Below are positions 11,830 to 24,077 of a stretch of 64,000 nucleotides of DNA, piece after piece. Source of the DNA: Takakia lepidozioides (taxonomy: Eukaryota > Plantae > Bryophyta); assembly GCA_030704615.1 (NCBI GenBank), contig CM060734.1, forward strand, positions 38,750,001 through 38,814,000, written 5' to 3'. A model generated the notes under the pieces. It was not told where the DNA came from. It worked only from the letters and a program-made list of their open reading frames with translations, and made no database searches. The first letter of the stretch is position 1, and every line of letters begins with the position of its first letter. The position numbers and the translations under genes were made by a program.

Positions 11830-14800
11830 ATGGCATGTGCTGCCGCGAAGGTGCTAGACGAGGAACGCAAAGCAGCATTGGAATCAAATGGTTTGAAAGA
11901 TGAGGCGGGAGAACTCTGTCATTTGCAGCATTTGGTATCTCATTTGAAATGCATCCTACAGCTGCCCATAGACGGGCTTTTCAATCACACAAACCTCCGT
12001 TGGATACGCCAGGTTTCCCAGGGAAAAGGGAAACGGATATCCATCGAAGTAGCTGTCGTTCCATGGTCTCGCATTCCTGACTTTCTGGAGGGAGAAAGGA
12101 GTAGAGTGGATGGGAAGACCCAATTTTATGTTCAAGATCGAAGGTACCGTGAGTTGCCAGATTTGACAACACCGCGTGCAAACAGTTATCGTCAGTGGCA
12201 TAAGTAAGTCACTTATGAGGGTTGTATAACATTCCCAGCCCCACTTCTTTCTGCTAGTCTAGCAAAGTCGTATATGGCGATAACCCTCCTCGCTTTATAT
12301 GCTTTTTTTGCAGGTACCACTGCTGCTACGGCCCGATAGATAGGCGCACGGACCCGCCGATTGTGAAGAAGAAAGAAAAACCGATAGCAGCCTCCGATAA
12401 TCAAACAGCAGTCAAGCGAATCAGACGTAAGGCAGCGGATTTCGGAGAGTCATACAAACGTGGGTGTACGTGTAGCTTCAAAGTTGGCCAGTGTTTTCTA
12501 GATTCAGAGTTGGCAATCATCACATACTTCCAGAAACAGCATGTGGATGCAAAAGGAAAGCCATGTCATGGTTCAGCTGACCCCTCTTCCCATTTCTCGC
12601 GATTCGTGCATGCCCCTCGTCTCAGCCAAGATATGAAACAGTGGATCGTCGATAGTCTTCGCAGTGGCCTATCTCCAGCTATGATTATGACACAACACAC
12701 TCAACAACTCCAGGAAGCTTGTGCGTCTCAGCCAGGCATGGAGTGGAGTCGCGATTGTTTCTTGTTCGAGTACGACGTGAGAAACATTGCCGACAAGCTT
12801 GCGATTGAGAGTTACAAAAAACATCCAGATGATGCACAAAGTGTACGTATGTGGGTCGATAGCAATCCTGAAAGCGTCTTCTTCTACCATGAAGAGACAG
12901 CGCCAGTGGCGGGTGATTTGAAGTTCGTAATTGGAATACAAACGGAGTGGCAAAAACAGAAAATGATCGACCTGGGACACAACCGTGTGGTATCCTGCGA
13001 TGCAACATTTGGGACCAACGAAAATAAGGTATTCGTGTCACGCTTTACCTTTCATTGCATTCTGAAATGTGAGTGCCATGCAACTGTTGCCAATATTATA
13101 ACGCTCACCTTATTCATTTTTGTACCATTGCGACATTGCAGTTCCCAATGTATACCATGATGGTGTTCGACGAATGGCTCAACGGCATACCTGTTGCTTA
13201 TATTATATCAGCGAGAAACAAAACGACTGACTTGAGCCCCTGGATGAAACGTCTTCGCGACCGACTTCTTCAGAGCAAACCAGATTGGAGGCCAAATGCT
13301 TTTGTTGTCGACGATGCAGACGCAGAAATCAATGCTATCAGGTACACGGCTAGAAGTTACAATGTTCTGAGTCACACTACAAGTTGCATGCACGAGGGGT
13401 TTCATGGATCGGGCTACACTGCTGCTAGTTACACTGAGAATCACAGTAAGAGTTAAACTGCCAGTTACACGAGGGGGTGCATTGCTGCCTGTAACACTTG
13501 GAGTTACACTGTCAGTTGCTCGAGGGGTTACATGGATTGGGTTGCAGTGCTGTCTATTACACTGAGGGTTACACTATCAGTTAGACAGATGGTTATACTG
13601 CCTTGAGTTGGACGGAGGGTTACACTGCTGTGAGTTAGACCGAGGGTTATACTACTGTGAGTTAGACCGAGGGTTACACTGCTATGAGGTAGACAGAGGG
13701 TTACACTGCGAGTTACACTGGGAGTTACACGGCGTGTCATCCGCAGTCCTACATGGATTAGGTTGCACTGCTATAGCATGTGAGTTACACTGGGAGCATC
13801 GCAGAGGGTTGTATGGGTTGGGTCGCTCTGAGAGTTACACGGTGTAACATGGATTGCGTTACAGCGCTGCGAGGGGTTATATGTGTTGGGTTACACTGCT
13901 GTGAGTTTCACTGATAGTTACATGACCAGATGCACGAGGGGTTACATGAGTCACACTACTAAGAGTGACACTTTGAAGAGTTACACTTCTACGAGTTACA
14001 CTGCGAAGAGTTCCTCTGATAAGAGTTACACTGACAAGAGTTACACTGATGGATTGGGTGGCATTTGATGTGTGTGCGTGCAGGGAATCGTTTGGGGACG
14101 TAGCAATATTTCTATGCCTTTGGCATGTTCGCCGCGCTTGGCTGAAACATTCGTGGCGTAAGATGCCCGATCCATACACTCGCAATGCTGTTTTGAAACA
14201 GCTTGGCGACGTAATGTACGGCATTAACGCCTGTGTGGGAGTCACCCCAGAAGAGTGGGCGCTGGAGCGACTGGAAGATTTGAATTATTCCTATCCGCTT
14301 GCGCGTGACTTCCTACGTTACATCAGAATGGAATGGGTCCCAAAACTGAGCATGTGGATCACGGGGGCTCGTTATATTCCCCACGCAAGTCAGGATACTA
14401 ATGCCGCAATTGAATCTTGGCACGGAAATTTGAAGGCTCGTTTACGCTCGGGAAAGCAAAGGCTTGATGGCAGGAGAATCGATTGGCTGATCAGCGAACT
14501 CGTGGGTCCTGTTCTAACCCACTATTGGTATAGAGATAACTTGAAATCGAAAGGCTTCAAAAGGAATGTACGACAGGAGGAATTTATCAGTAATGTTGTT
14601 TGGACTGCAAGGGAGATCCCTGATGTCAATGTTCATTTGCCCACTGTTCCTGGTCATCCGGCGATTGTGGATAGTGTTCAAACGGCCGGTCGAAGCTACA
14701 CAATCTATGCACCTGCGACCACCTGGGCTTGTTGCGATTGTCCATGGGCTTTGAAGGGTAACTTGTGCAAACATCAAATCCGCGTTCTTCAATTGATGAA

Positions 14801-15230
14801 GCCAAATCTGAAGGAAGGGCTTATTGTGAAGCTCTGTGGCACAAAGCTCGGGACCATTCATGGAGGTCTTCACATGTTGATGAAATCGGAACTTCCAGAT
14901 ATTGATGCAGAGGAGGAAGTTGTGAATCTAGCAGAGCCTACGGAGTGCTCAGCATCATCCCGGCGTGGTCGGCAGGAGCCATCGGATGTTTCATCAATTG
15001 AATCTGAGATGAAGTCCCTGTCGCTTCTTGGCAATGAGAGTGAAACAATGCGCAAACATTTGCTTGCCGAGCTTCGTTGTGTTCGTGGGAGGCTGTCCAC
15101 TTTACAAGTTAGAATCGACAAAGGTCTGTTGCACCCTCTTCAAGCAGTTCCATTCATAAAAAATGATGATGGAAACAACATGTCCCTTGCCAGGAAAGTA
15201 GATTTTGTAGACCGGTTCCGTAGTAAGTGA
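11830..15230 (+). CDS. MULE DDE transposase with SWIM zinc finger; 4 exons (11830-12203, 12314-13028, 13142-13341, 14084-15230), ~811 aa
   Basis: Motifs KRGCTCSF, D1 (SCDATFGTN), D2 (VVDDADAE), CxxH (CLWHVRRAW), E (TNAAIESWH) and SWIM (CDC..GNLCKH). GT-AG introns give a continuous 2436-nt frame with no stops seen. The start codon is tentative. Confidence 0.9.
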
Positions 15231-16189
15231 CCATTGAGTCCATTGGCAATGACACTTACTTTGTGATCACCCTTCAATACAGAGTGGGAAGATGTTGAAG
15301 TCGAGCACCTTTAGTCATCAACACTAGCCCCTGTATGTGTAACCCCTCTATGTGTAACCCAATTTGTGTGTAACCCATGGACGTGTAATCCATGAGATAG
15401 ATAATCATTCCGTTCAACCTATGTTATGGACCAGTGTAGCCCTCCGGAGTGTAACTTGTTGTTGTGTAACCCCAAGAAGTATGTATCCCGACCACATGTA
15501 ACCCCCATTGATGTCACCCCATCGCATGTAACCCATTGTACAATTTGGGGTGCACGCTATAAACCCCGATGCTACATCACCCCATCTTATGTATCCCCAC
15601 GACACGTAGCCCTTGTATAGGCAACCCTGCCCACTTTCATTGTGCACAGTGTAACTTAGAACTGTGTAACCCTCTTGAGTGAGTGTAACCCAGAGTGTTG
15701 TAACTCCAAGAAGTATGTAGCCCGACCAGATGTTACCCCCACACTATTGTGACCCCATCGTATGTAACCCATTGTACATAGCCCTCATGTATGTAACCCC
15801 ATGTAGTATAAATCTGAGAACTTCAGTGCACAAACACTTCAGTGCGAAAAAAAAAAAAAAAAAAACAAATGCGCATAGTCGAGGTGGGGTTACATGCCAC
15901 GAAAGTATACTGTTTCAGCAACGTGACCCTGACATAGCCAGGTATGTAACCCATAAGTGTAACCCCACGTTGTGAGACCCGGCATGGTGTAACCCATCAC
16001 TTATGTGTGAACCCACAGAGTGTAAGCCCATTGCCCCAGGGCCCAAAGGTGTACCCAAGTACTTGTCTATGATTCCACTTCATGTAACCTTATAAGGTGT
16101 AACCCCATGTAAGCCCATTGCATGAAACCCAAACTGTGAAGTGTTACGAACAAACCACATAGAAGCAAAAATGCATCAAGAGACGCTAT

Positions 16190-19100
16190 TTATTTCTTTG
16201 GCCATCTGACCAAGTCTTTGTCCATCTCGTCACACAGCCAACTAATCATATGAGTACGGGAAGCTATCATGGTTGACTCGTTGAACCAACTTGCAGTAAA
16301 CGCCCGCCTATGACGGGTTCGATCTTCTGTGGTTTTCACATTGAACTTCCACTCCAAGTAAAATTGCACAAAACAAAGTGCATAATAGCCGCACTCCCAA
16401 CAGCTCCGTTGTTGGGGGACACTGGCCTCAAACCATTCCATCCTCTCCATGACGTAACTGAAGTCATCAGATCCAGGCATGAAATCAAAGAACGCTATGG
16501 CAAAATTTCGCAAAATTCCTTCAATGAGTTTGGGTCGGGCAATGGTTTTATGGGAGTCCAAATGTACTATCCGACCTCGGCGCTCTAAAACAGCAACACT
16601 CCAGTGATCACTGCAACACAAACAAAGCCGTTACGTCAGAATAGAAAAAAACATCTCCAATGAAACCCATTGTGGTGTAACCCTTTGTACTGTAACTCTA
16701 AACGGTGTTACACAACTAGTCAGCAGTCACTAGTGCAACTCAGTCTAGAATAGAGGAGTGTAACCCAACATGCTCAGTCAATGCTGAAATTACTTACTCG
16801 AAGACAATAGGGATGACAACCACGTCCACAAGATCTCGATTCTTTGTGAACACCATCCCTCGGGCATCCTGAGTGTACCATTCTTGCACCAACCCGAATA
16901 GCGTCTGCAGATCGTTACCATTGGTACGCATGACATGCCATTGAAAAGGAGCACAGATGACAAACTCAGGTGCGATAGCCTTAAACAATTTGGCCTCCAG
17001 AAGTTTGTTGTAACCCGAGAGCAATGCATCTGTGACAGTTGCTCTTATTTTATACATCGGCTCAAAATCTGTCTCTTCCAAGTAAAACTGTAACGGACTA
17101 GAAGCCAGGAAGGCATCGCCATAATAAAACTTCACTTCGGGCGCCCCAGGAGGGTCCGACACCATTCTGAACTTTGTCAAGTACCGTTGTTTTAGTCTGC
17201 ACAACAAACCGCACATTACGAACATTACGATGCATCATACAAGAGTTATAATCAATATTCAAAATCAGAGAGGATCAAAGTACAATGAGGTACCTCGAAC
17301 GCTCCCGCAAGTGCTTGGCAAGGACCTCTTTGCTGGACAACGTCAACCTCCGAGACCCCTGCACTTTTGCCTTTCGGTTTGGTTCGCTGTTTTTTGGGTG
17401 CGACAAGAACAGATACTTCTTTGTCAGCGCTAGGGGGTTCAGCCAACCGCTTTCTTTGAGCAGGCGGCCGTTTTGACCTCCTGGGATTCTCTGCAACCCT
17501 GACAATGCCGCCGGTAGGGGGAATTTCTGAGCCAGAGGTGCCTTGTTCTGAGTTTGCTGCAAGTGCTGAAGACTGCACTCCCTCGTCTGAGACGTGCTGG
17601 GGAGGTGATTGACCAAGGGCAGAAGTGTCACAGCTCACCTCCTCGGTGCTACCCCTGTCAGTGTAACCCTTCTGTTCAAACCCCTTGTCACGCTTCTTAG
17701 TGTCACCCTTCTCTTCGGCTACCTCCTCAGTGTCACGATTCTCAGTGTCACCCTTCTCTTCGGCTTCCTTCTCAATGTCACCCTTCTCTTCGGCTACCTC
17801 CTCAGTGTCACTCTTCTTAGTGTCACCCTTCTCTTCAGCTACCTCCTCAGAGTCACGCATCTCAGTGTCGCCCTTCTCTCCGGCTACCTTCTCAGTGTCA
17901 CCCTTCTCTTTGGCCGCATTATCAGTGTCACTCTTCGCAGTGTCACCCTTCTCATCGGGTTCCTTCCCAGTGTCACTCTGCTGAGTAACAATCTTATGTG
18001 TGTCACCCTTGGCAGTGTCACTCTTCTCAGTGTCTAGATGCTCCGCAACATCCTTCTCTTCGTGACTCTCCACAGTGAAACGCTTCTCAGTGTGACCCTG
18101 CTTTGTGTCACCCTTCCAACTGACAACCTCCTCGGTGACACCCTTCCCCGTGTCACCCATGTCGATGTCACTCTTCTTTGCATCAACCTCCTCAATGCCA
18201 TCCTTGATTGTGTCGCCCTTCTCCGCACCCTCCAAGACCATGTTGACTAGCAGAAGACCGTCATCCGTCGCGACTAGTGGCCGTGGCAAAGGAGTGTCAC
18301 CTTCCACGACTAGTGGTAGTGGAATGTCATCCATGACAGTGTTACACTCACTGACATCTACCATGTGGGTTGGCTGTGGGGTGTCACCCCTATCAGTGTA
18401 ACCCATGTCAATGTCACTCTCAACGGAAGTTGCAGTGTTCACGGGCAATGGTGTGTCACCCACGACAATGTCCCTCACGACATTGTCAGCCACACCGGTA
18501 TCCGTAGTGTCACCTTGAGGTGCAGTGTAACCCTCCTTCCCTGTTGCTCCTCTCTGCACAGTGTCACCCTGAGGTGCAGTGTAACCCTCCTTCCCTGTTG
18601 CTCCTCTCTGCACAGTGTCACCCTGAGGTGCAGTGTAACCCTCCTTCCTCTGTTGCTCCTCTCTGCACAGTGTCACCCTCAGGTGCAGTGTAACCCTCGG
18701 TTTCAGGGCATCCTCCCCTTGCAGAGTCACCCTGCGCATCAATGGGACCCACGAAGGCTGGGTCATTCTGAGAGAGGTTGACCACATGATCCTGACAAAT
18801 ACTTACATTGCTGCATCGAGGGTTCAACCCAGCATCTCCAGATTCAAAGTCATACACAGACTCTGGGTCAAGCGGGTCCCCGATTCTTCGATTAAGACCT
18901 TCAAAAGAAATGACTGGGGCTGCGGACAAAGAGGTTCGCACTTGGGTGTTCCACCTTGATGTATCATCTTCAGTATCAGTATCAGAAATCATGGGCAAAT
19001 CCCGCGTCAAGTCTGCTAGGTTCACCCCTAAGTGCAGCTGGGTTGAGTACAATTCACCAACCTGCGACAAAGATACAACGGCAGATTGACTTGGAATGAT

Positions 19101-21712
19101 GTCCTCGTCATGTACATCGTCGCTCTGCGGGGCGGAAATTGGCCCATCGCTCGTCTGCGCGCCCCCTACGCCCCCTGTATCGCATTGTGGAGGGGCCCCA
19201 TACACAACTTCGTGAAGCTCACGTTGAGCCTCAAAAAGGTTTTTGAACGCATTGGCGACTTGATTGGTCATGAGCTCGGACTCATCTGCATCGGGGAAAA
19301 GACAAAGGTTTTTAGTCGTGGAACGAGGTTTTTGAAAGTGCAAGGGTTACACTATGTAAGGGTTACACTGACTAGGACAAGACAGTGGTTCGGATTACAC
19401 GATATGGGTTACACCACCCTGTTAGAGACAGTAGTTTGCAATGGGTTACACTACCATGGGTTACACTACTGAGATTACACAACGAGAGGGTAACAAATCT
19501 AGGGTAACACAGCGAGGGGTACCATTAGGGGTACACTGATTACAGGGTTACATACTCCGAGGGTTACACTGATTTACACACAGCGAGGGTTACACTGAGT
19601 ACAAGGTTCCACATAGCCGAGGGTTACACTGATTACAGGGTTACACACAACGAGGGTTACACTGAGTTACAAGGTTCCACATAGCGAGGGTTACAATGAT
19701 TACAAGATTACACACAAAGGGGTTACACGACGAGAGGGGTGACAGTGGATGGAGTAACACTTACAGAGATACCAAGGCACTACAGACCCAAGGTCTCTCA
19801 TATACTGGATGCCCAAACGCGCATTGAAGTCCATTTCTGTTGGTGATTCGCTGAAGAGGCCACAACACCAAAGCTGGATAAACGATTCTCTCTGTTGGAT
19901 CGCAAAGTGATGGGCGGCGCGACGACGGCTTGCCTTGCAAAACTGTATAGCTCCGTTGATCTTAATTGACCGGTCACCCCACTCTTCTGTACTCAAACTC
20001 GATCTTAAGTCTTCGAGCTCAGAATCCAAGGTCGCAATTCCGTCACCAGGTTGTGCAAAGTACATCAGACTAAAGCCGTAATACTCATCGACCAGGTCCT
20101 TCACCTTTGAGGCCGTAAGAGCACTTTCCAGAAGTTCAGTCGTGAACCCCAACCTGGGATGCGTTTGGGAAACTGACCTGCCATGATTTCTACATCGTTG
20201 TGGGCTAGAATTCTCAAAAGGAGTGGTGGCGGTCCAATGTGCGGTTTGGTGAGATTCTCCATTTGACTGATCAATCCTTCGGCAAAACCACGAGTGAATT
20301 CCAACGGATGTGGAACAACCAAACCTTTGATTCCATCTACAGTAATAGTGATGACAAGAGGATTTGAAGTTCTGGCATCGTCAAGGTCGGTATTGCCAAC
20401 AGCTAGTTCGTCCATCGTGTCATCATCATGTGAGGCTTGGCTCTCTCGATGGACTCGTGTAAGTCTCCCACCTTTTTTCTTTTTCTGCTTTGGCATGTCA
20501 GGATGCCCAATGCTCTCTAAATACTCCTTCACCCGATTCAATTCCTCTATCATTAACGGACATGATCCGGCTGGGCAGTAAACGCCTTGTGGGCAGCAAC
20601 AACACTGTCCATATCATCGCTTCTAAGATGATATCGAGCTCCCTGCGCAATACAGCGTGAGGGTTACACCAAAGAAAAAGGTTACAGCACGAGGGGTTAC
20701 ACATGAAAATGGGTTACAAACAAGATGGGCTACACGGGGTTACACAGAGGTGGGTTACACACCATAGGGGTTTTTAAAAGGGGTCCTCCGTAGGTGGGTT
20801 ACACTCTGGGTTACACGCCACAGGAGAGACAGGGGGGGTAACACAAGGGGTTACATGGATAGACAACAGCCCAAAATTTGAAAAACAGAGAAATGGCAGG
20901 GAATCCAACTTGATTGTCTGTCGATAGAACCCAACTTGATTTTGCAGCTGTCGCATGGACTGCGCCCTCGCCTCGCGCAACAAATTCTTGGAATGCCGGC
21001 CAAAACCCCTTCTCATTGACATTCGGAAATGGGAACTGAGGAATAAGGCCATGCGGTAGCAGAAGGATTGAGCCTGGAGTTCTCTTTCGCAAGATGAACC
21101 TTGAGCTCCGGTTTCCCCGGTTTCCAATGTTGATTTTCTTTGCAATAGGGACAGGTAGAGGCGGGCTCAATCGCCGCTTGTCTCTCTCGTTAGAAACCTG
21201 CCGAATAGAAGGACCAGGGACAGAAACAGCAGGAGCACTAGAAGATGGAACCTCTGTAGCAGAAATAGCCGAAGAAGGTACAACAGCAGGCACTTCAATA
21301 GGATCTGCAATCTCCCCAAAGCCACCCTATTTTGCAGAATCCATGCATGATATGCATCAACAGAAGAAGCTCGAACATAATTCATCACATTTTCAACAGC
21401 CATGGCATGCTTGAGCTCCGCATCAGGAAACGGTTTTGTTCCTTTCGGTCTGGCCATACATGCGGCCGTTCCATCGACAATATGCCGATTCAATCTGCTC
21501 TTATCTACCTTTACTGCCCCACAATAAGGACATTTGAACTTAGGCCGGCCCTTTGCTCCCTCCACCTTGGCCTCTCTACACCTAGTGTGGCAGTACGCGA
21601 TCATTGTAGCATACTCATGCTCAGTGTACCAAAAGCGAACTCGTTCGCCATCCCTTTTCAAGTGATCAAATGGAATAGTGGCCTCTCCAGGGAACAAATA
21701 ACAATCAGCCAT
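16190..21712 (-). pseudogene. MULE-borne multi-exon gene: N-terminal CxxC..H zinc-finger-like motif, long acidic repeat region, C-terminal Ulp1/C48-type cysteine protease; apparent frameshifts
   Basis: The last exon has the C48 catalytic set H (SDHWSVAV), D (VHLDS) and Q/C (VPQQRSCWECGYY). The preceding exon ends in VVVIPIVFE with a GTAAGT donor. The 5' exon has CPYCGAVKVDKSRLNRH. There is a 1-bp insertion at ~18649 and a probable frameshift near 20150. Joining all ORF pieces into one gene is inference. Confidence 0.7.
17630..18700 (-). repeat. Coding tandem repeats inside the Ulp1-like gene (EEVAEEKGDT-like units; 54-bp EGYTAPQGDTVQRGATGK units)
   Basis: Visible in ORF 17252..18787 and in the DNA as repeated agtgtcacccttctct motifs and 54-bp units at ~18509-18700. 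Confidence 0.88.
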
Positions 21713-23034
21713 GACAAAAGAAAAAGCTGACAGAAGAGAAGAGAAGAGCAAGAGCAAGAAAAGACAAGACAAGAAAAGACCAAGACCAAGAGAATTCCGA
21801 AGAACGCACAACAGGGAGCACGCACAACAAGAAGTGCAGGAAGAATATGAAGGCTGCGAGAAGGGGAAAACTGAACAATGATCAAAGAACGAAGAACGAA
21901 GCTAGCTAGATGTCACCCGTAAGGCACGTCGGTTAAGCGAAAGACGGCGGTTCATTAAAATCTGGCGGCTTGCAATCAATTATATCCGCACTGACTCACA
22001 CGTGTATGAGTTGCAATCCCGGTGTCACCCGGAATAGCGGAGTGTAACCCGTAACCCTACACTTGTGAGCGCGACAAACCGGCCGTTACTCGAATGCCAG
22101 GCACGTCGAGTGTAACCCTCCGTCAGGTACCCAGATATGATGTAACCCTTCGTCACAACCTCATGTACCCCTAGTCTATGTGACTCCCGAACACAACATC
22201 GATGTAACCCTGTCATATCAAACCATTAGTATGCAACCTCCAGGTAAACATGGTCAATGTAATGCCCCACCCATGTAACCCTAGCCTATGTGGCTCCGCG
22301 AGTGCAACATCCACGTAACCCATCAAACATGTCAACCCCATCTAAACCTCCATTACTAAACCGTCTACCAAGCTAGCATGTATTGAGAAAGAAAACACCG
22401 TGTAACCCCTTGTGTGTAACCATACCACACGTGAGGTAGTCATATAAACCATCAGACATGTAACCGGTTGACAGTGCTTGCAAAACACGCATGATTCGAT
22501 ACGTATTGCATCCATAATAGCGATGAGTAGGCTGCCCCGGCTGGTGTGTGAACAAAAGATACACGAGAGGAGAGTGAATGGGCACCCCGTCAAATGAGCG
22601 GCTGCTTGCATGGCTAGACCGAAAGAAACAAAACCCTTTCCTAATGCGGATCTTAGGAATACCATAGCCATCGGGGACGGTGACAAAACAACAAGAATGA
22701 CATTGAGAAAGAAAAAGAATAGAGACAACCGTATCAATCGTAGAGAAAACCGTGGTAATAAATTTGACGGATCGTTGCGCTGAAAGCGTTGTCTTGTATG
22801 TTGCTGGGATGACGATACTGAACTGAATGAACTACAAATCTTTCACATTGATGTGTGAAGCCGATTGGGCACCATGGGAATTGCAGAAAGCTGATGCCCC
22901 AAAGCAAAAAAACGAGCGAGCTAAGAATCTGGAAACGGATGGAGAGAGCAAATTAGGGTTTCGGCCTCTATTTAAACCTCCATTCGGCCGTCGGATAGTT
23001 TACACGTGTATGATGTACACGAGGCGGTGTTACT

Positions 23035-23805
23035 GAGGGTTACATGGTGGTGAGGGTTACAGAGGGTCAGAGAGGGTTACATGGAGTGAGGGTTACATAC
23101 GGGTGAGGGTGACACTCTGCGGTGTTACAGAGGGTTACATGGTGGTGAGGGTTACAAAGGGTCACAGAGGGTTACATGGGTTACAGAGGGTTACATAAGG
23201 GGTGAGGACGACACTCTACGGTGTTATAGAGGGTTACATAGGTTACAGAGCCACAGAGGGTTTGTGAGGGTTACATGGAGTGAGGGTTACATGGTGGCGA
23301 GGGTGACACTTTGCGGTGTTACAGAGGGTTACATGGAGGTAAGGGTTACACCTGGTGAGGGATATAGAGGGTCACAGAGGGTTACATGGAGTGAGGGTTA
23401 CATGGTGGTGAGGGTTACAGAGGGTCAGAGAGGGTTACATGGAATGAGGGTTACATACGGGTGAGGGTGACACTCTGCGGTGTTACAGAGGGTTACATGG
23501 TGGTGAGGGTTACATGGGTTACAGAGGGTTACATGGAGTGAGGGTTACATAAGGGTGAGGGCGACACTCTGCGGTGTTACAAAGGGTTACATAGGGTTAC
23601 ATGGGTTGCAAAGTGTTACAGAGGGTTACATGTAGTGAGGGTTACATAGGGGTGGGGGTGACACTCTGCGGTGTTATAGAGGGTTACATGGGTTACAGAG
23701 GGTTACATGGTGGTGAGGGTTACAGAGGGTCATGGGGTTATATGGGTTACAGAGGGTTACATGGTAATGTGGGTTACACTCGGCGGAGTTACAGAGGGTT
23801 ACATG
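23035..23805 (+). repeat. Right subterminal GGGTTACA tandem array, inverted relative to the left array
   Basis: Dense gggttaca motifs with the unit GGGTGACACTCTGCGGTGTTACAGAG, the reverse complement of the left-array unit. Confidence 0.93.
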
Positions 23806-24077
23806 GGGGTGATGGTTGAACCCGGGCGGGGGCTACAGGGAACTGGCGGACTGCTGGAAGCGGCGGACTGGTGTCGCAGAACGACGACGCAGGGGGCGAC
23901 GACGCGCCTGGGGCGACGACGCCGATGGGATGAGGGCGGGGGTGGGGAGGGATTGACCGAGCCCAGCCGGCTGCCTTTCGATGTCTGCCGGAGGCGAAGA
24001 ACCGGCGGTACGGGTGTCAGGGCTGGACCGTCCTGACGTGCTTGCATTAAGTTCTTACATTATTCCTATTATCTTCC
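23805..24077 (-). repeat. Right terminal inverted repeat
   Basis: Reverse complement of 9223-9470, followed by TSD gcacgatac. Confidence 0.93.

Larger units (their letters stand above)
9223..24077. mobile_element. Full-length Mutator-like DNA transposon (MULE), 14,855 bp, with long TIRs, transposase and Ulp1-like cargo gene
   Basis: Termini GGAAGATAATAGGAATAATGTAAG (9223) and CTTACATTATTCCTATTATCTTCC (24077) are reverse complements. An identical 9-bp TSD gcacgatac lies at 9214-9222 and 24078-24086. Internal DDE/SWIM transposase. Confidence 0.96.

Noticed and set aside
17609-18781. Plus-strand hydrophobic SVTLL-repeat ORFs
   Set aside because: Antisense shadows of the minus-strand KGDT repeat region.
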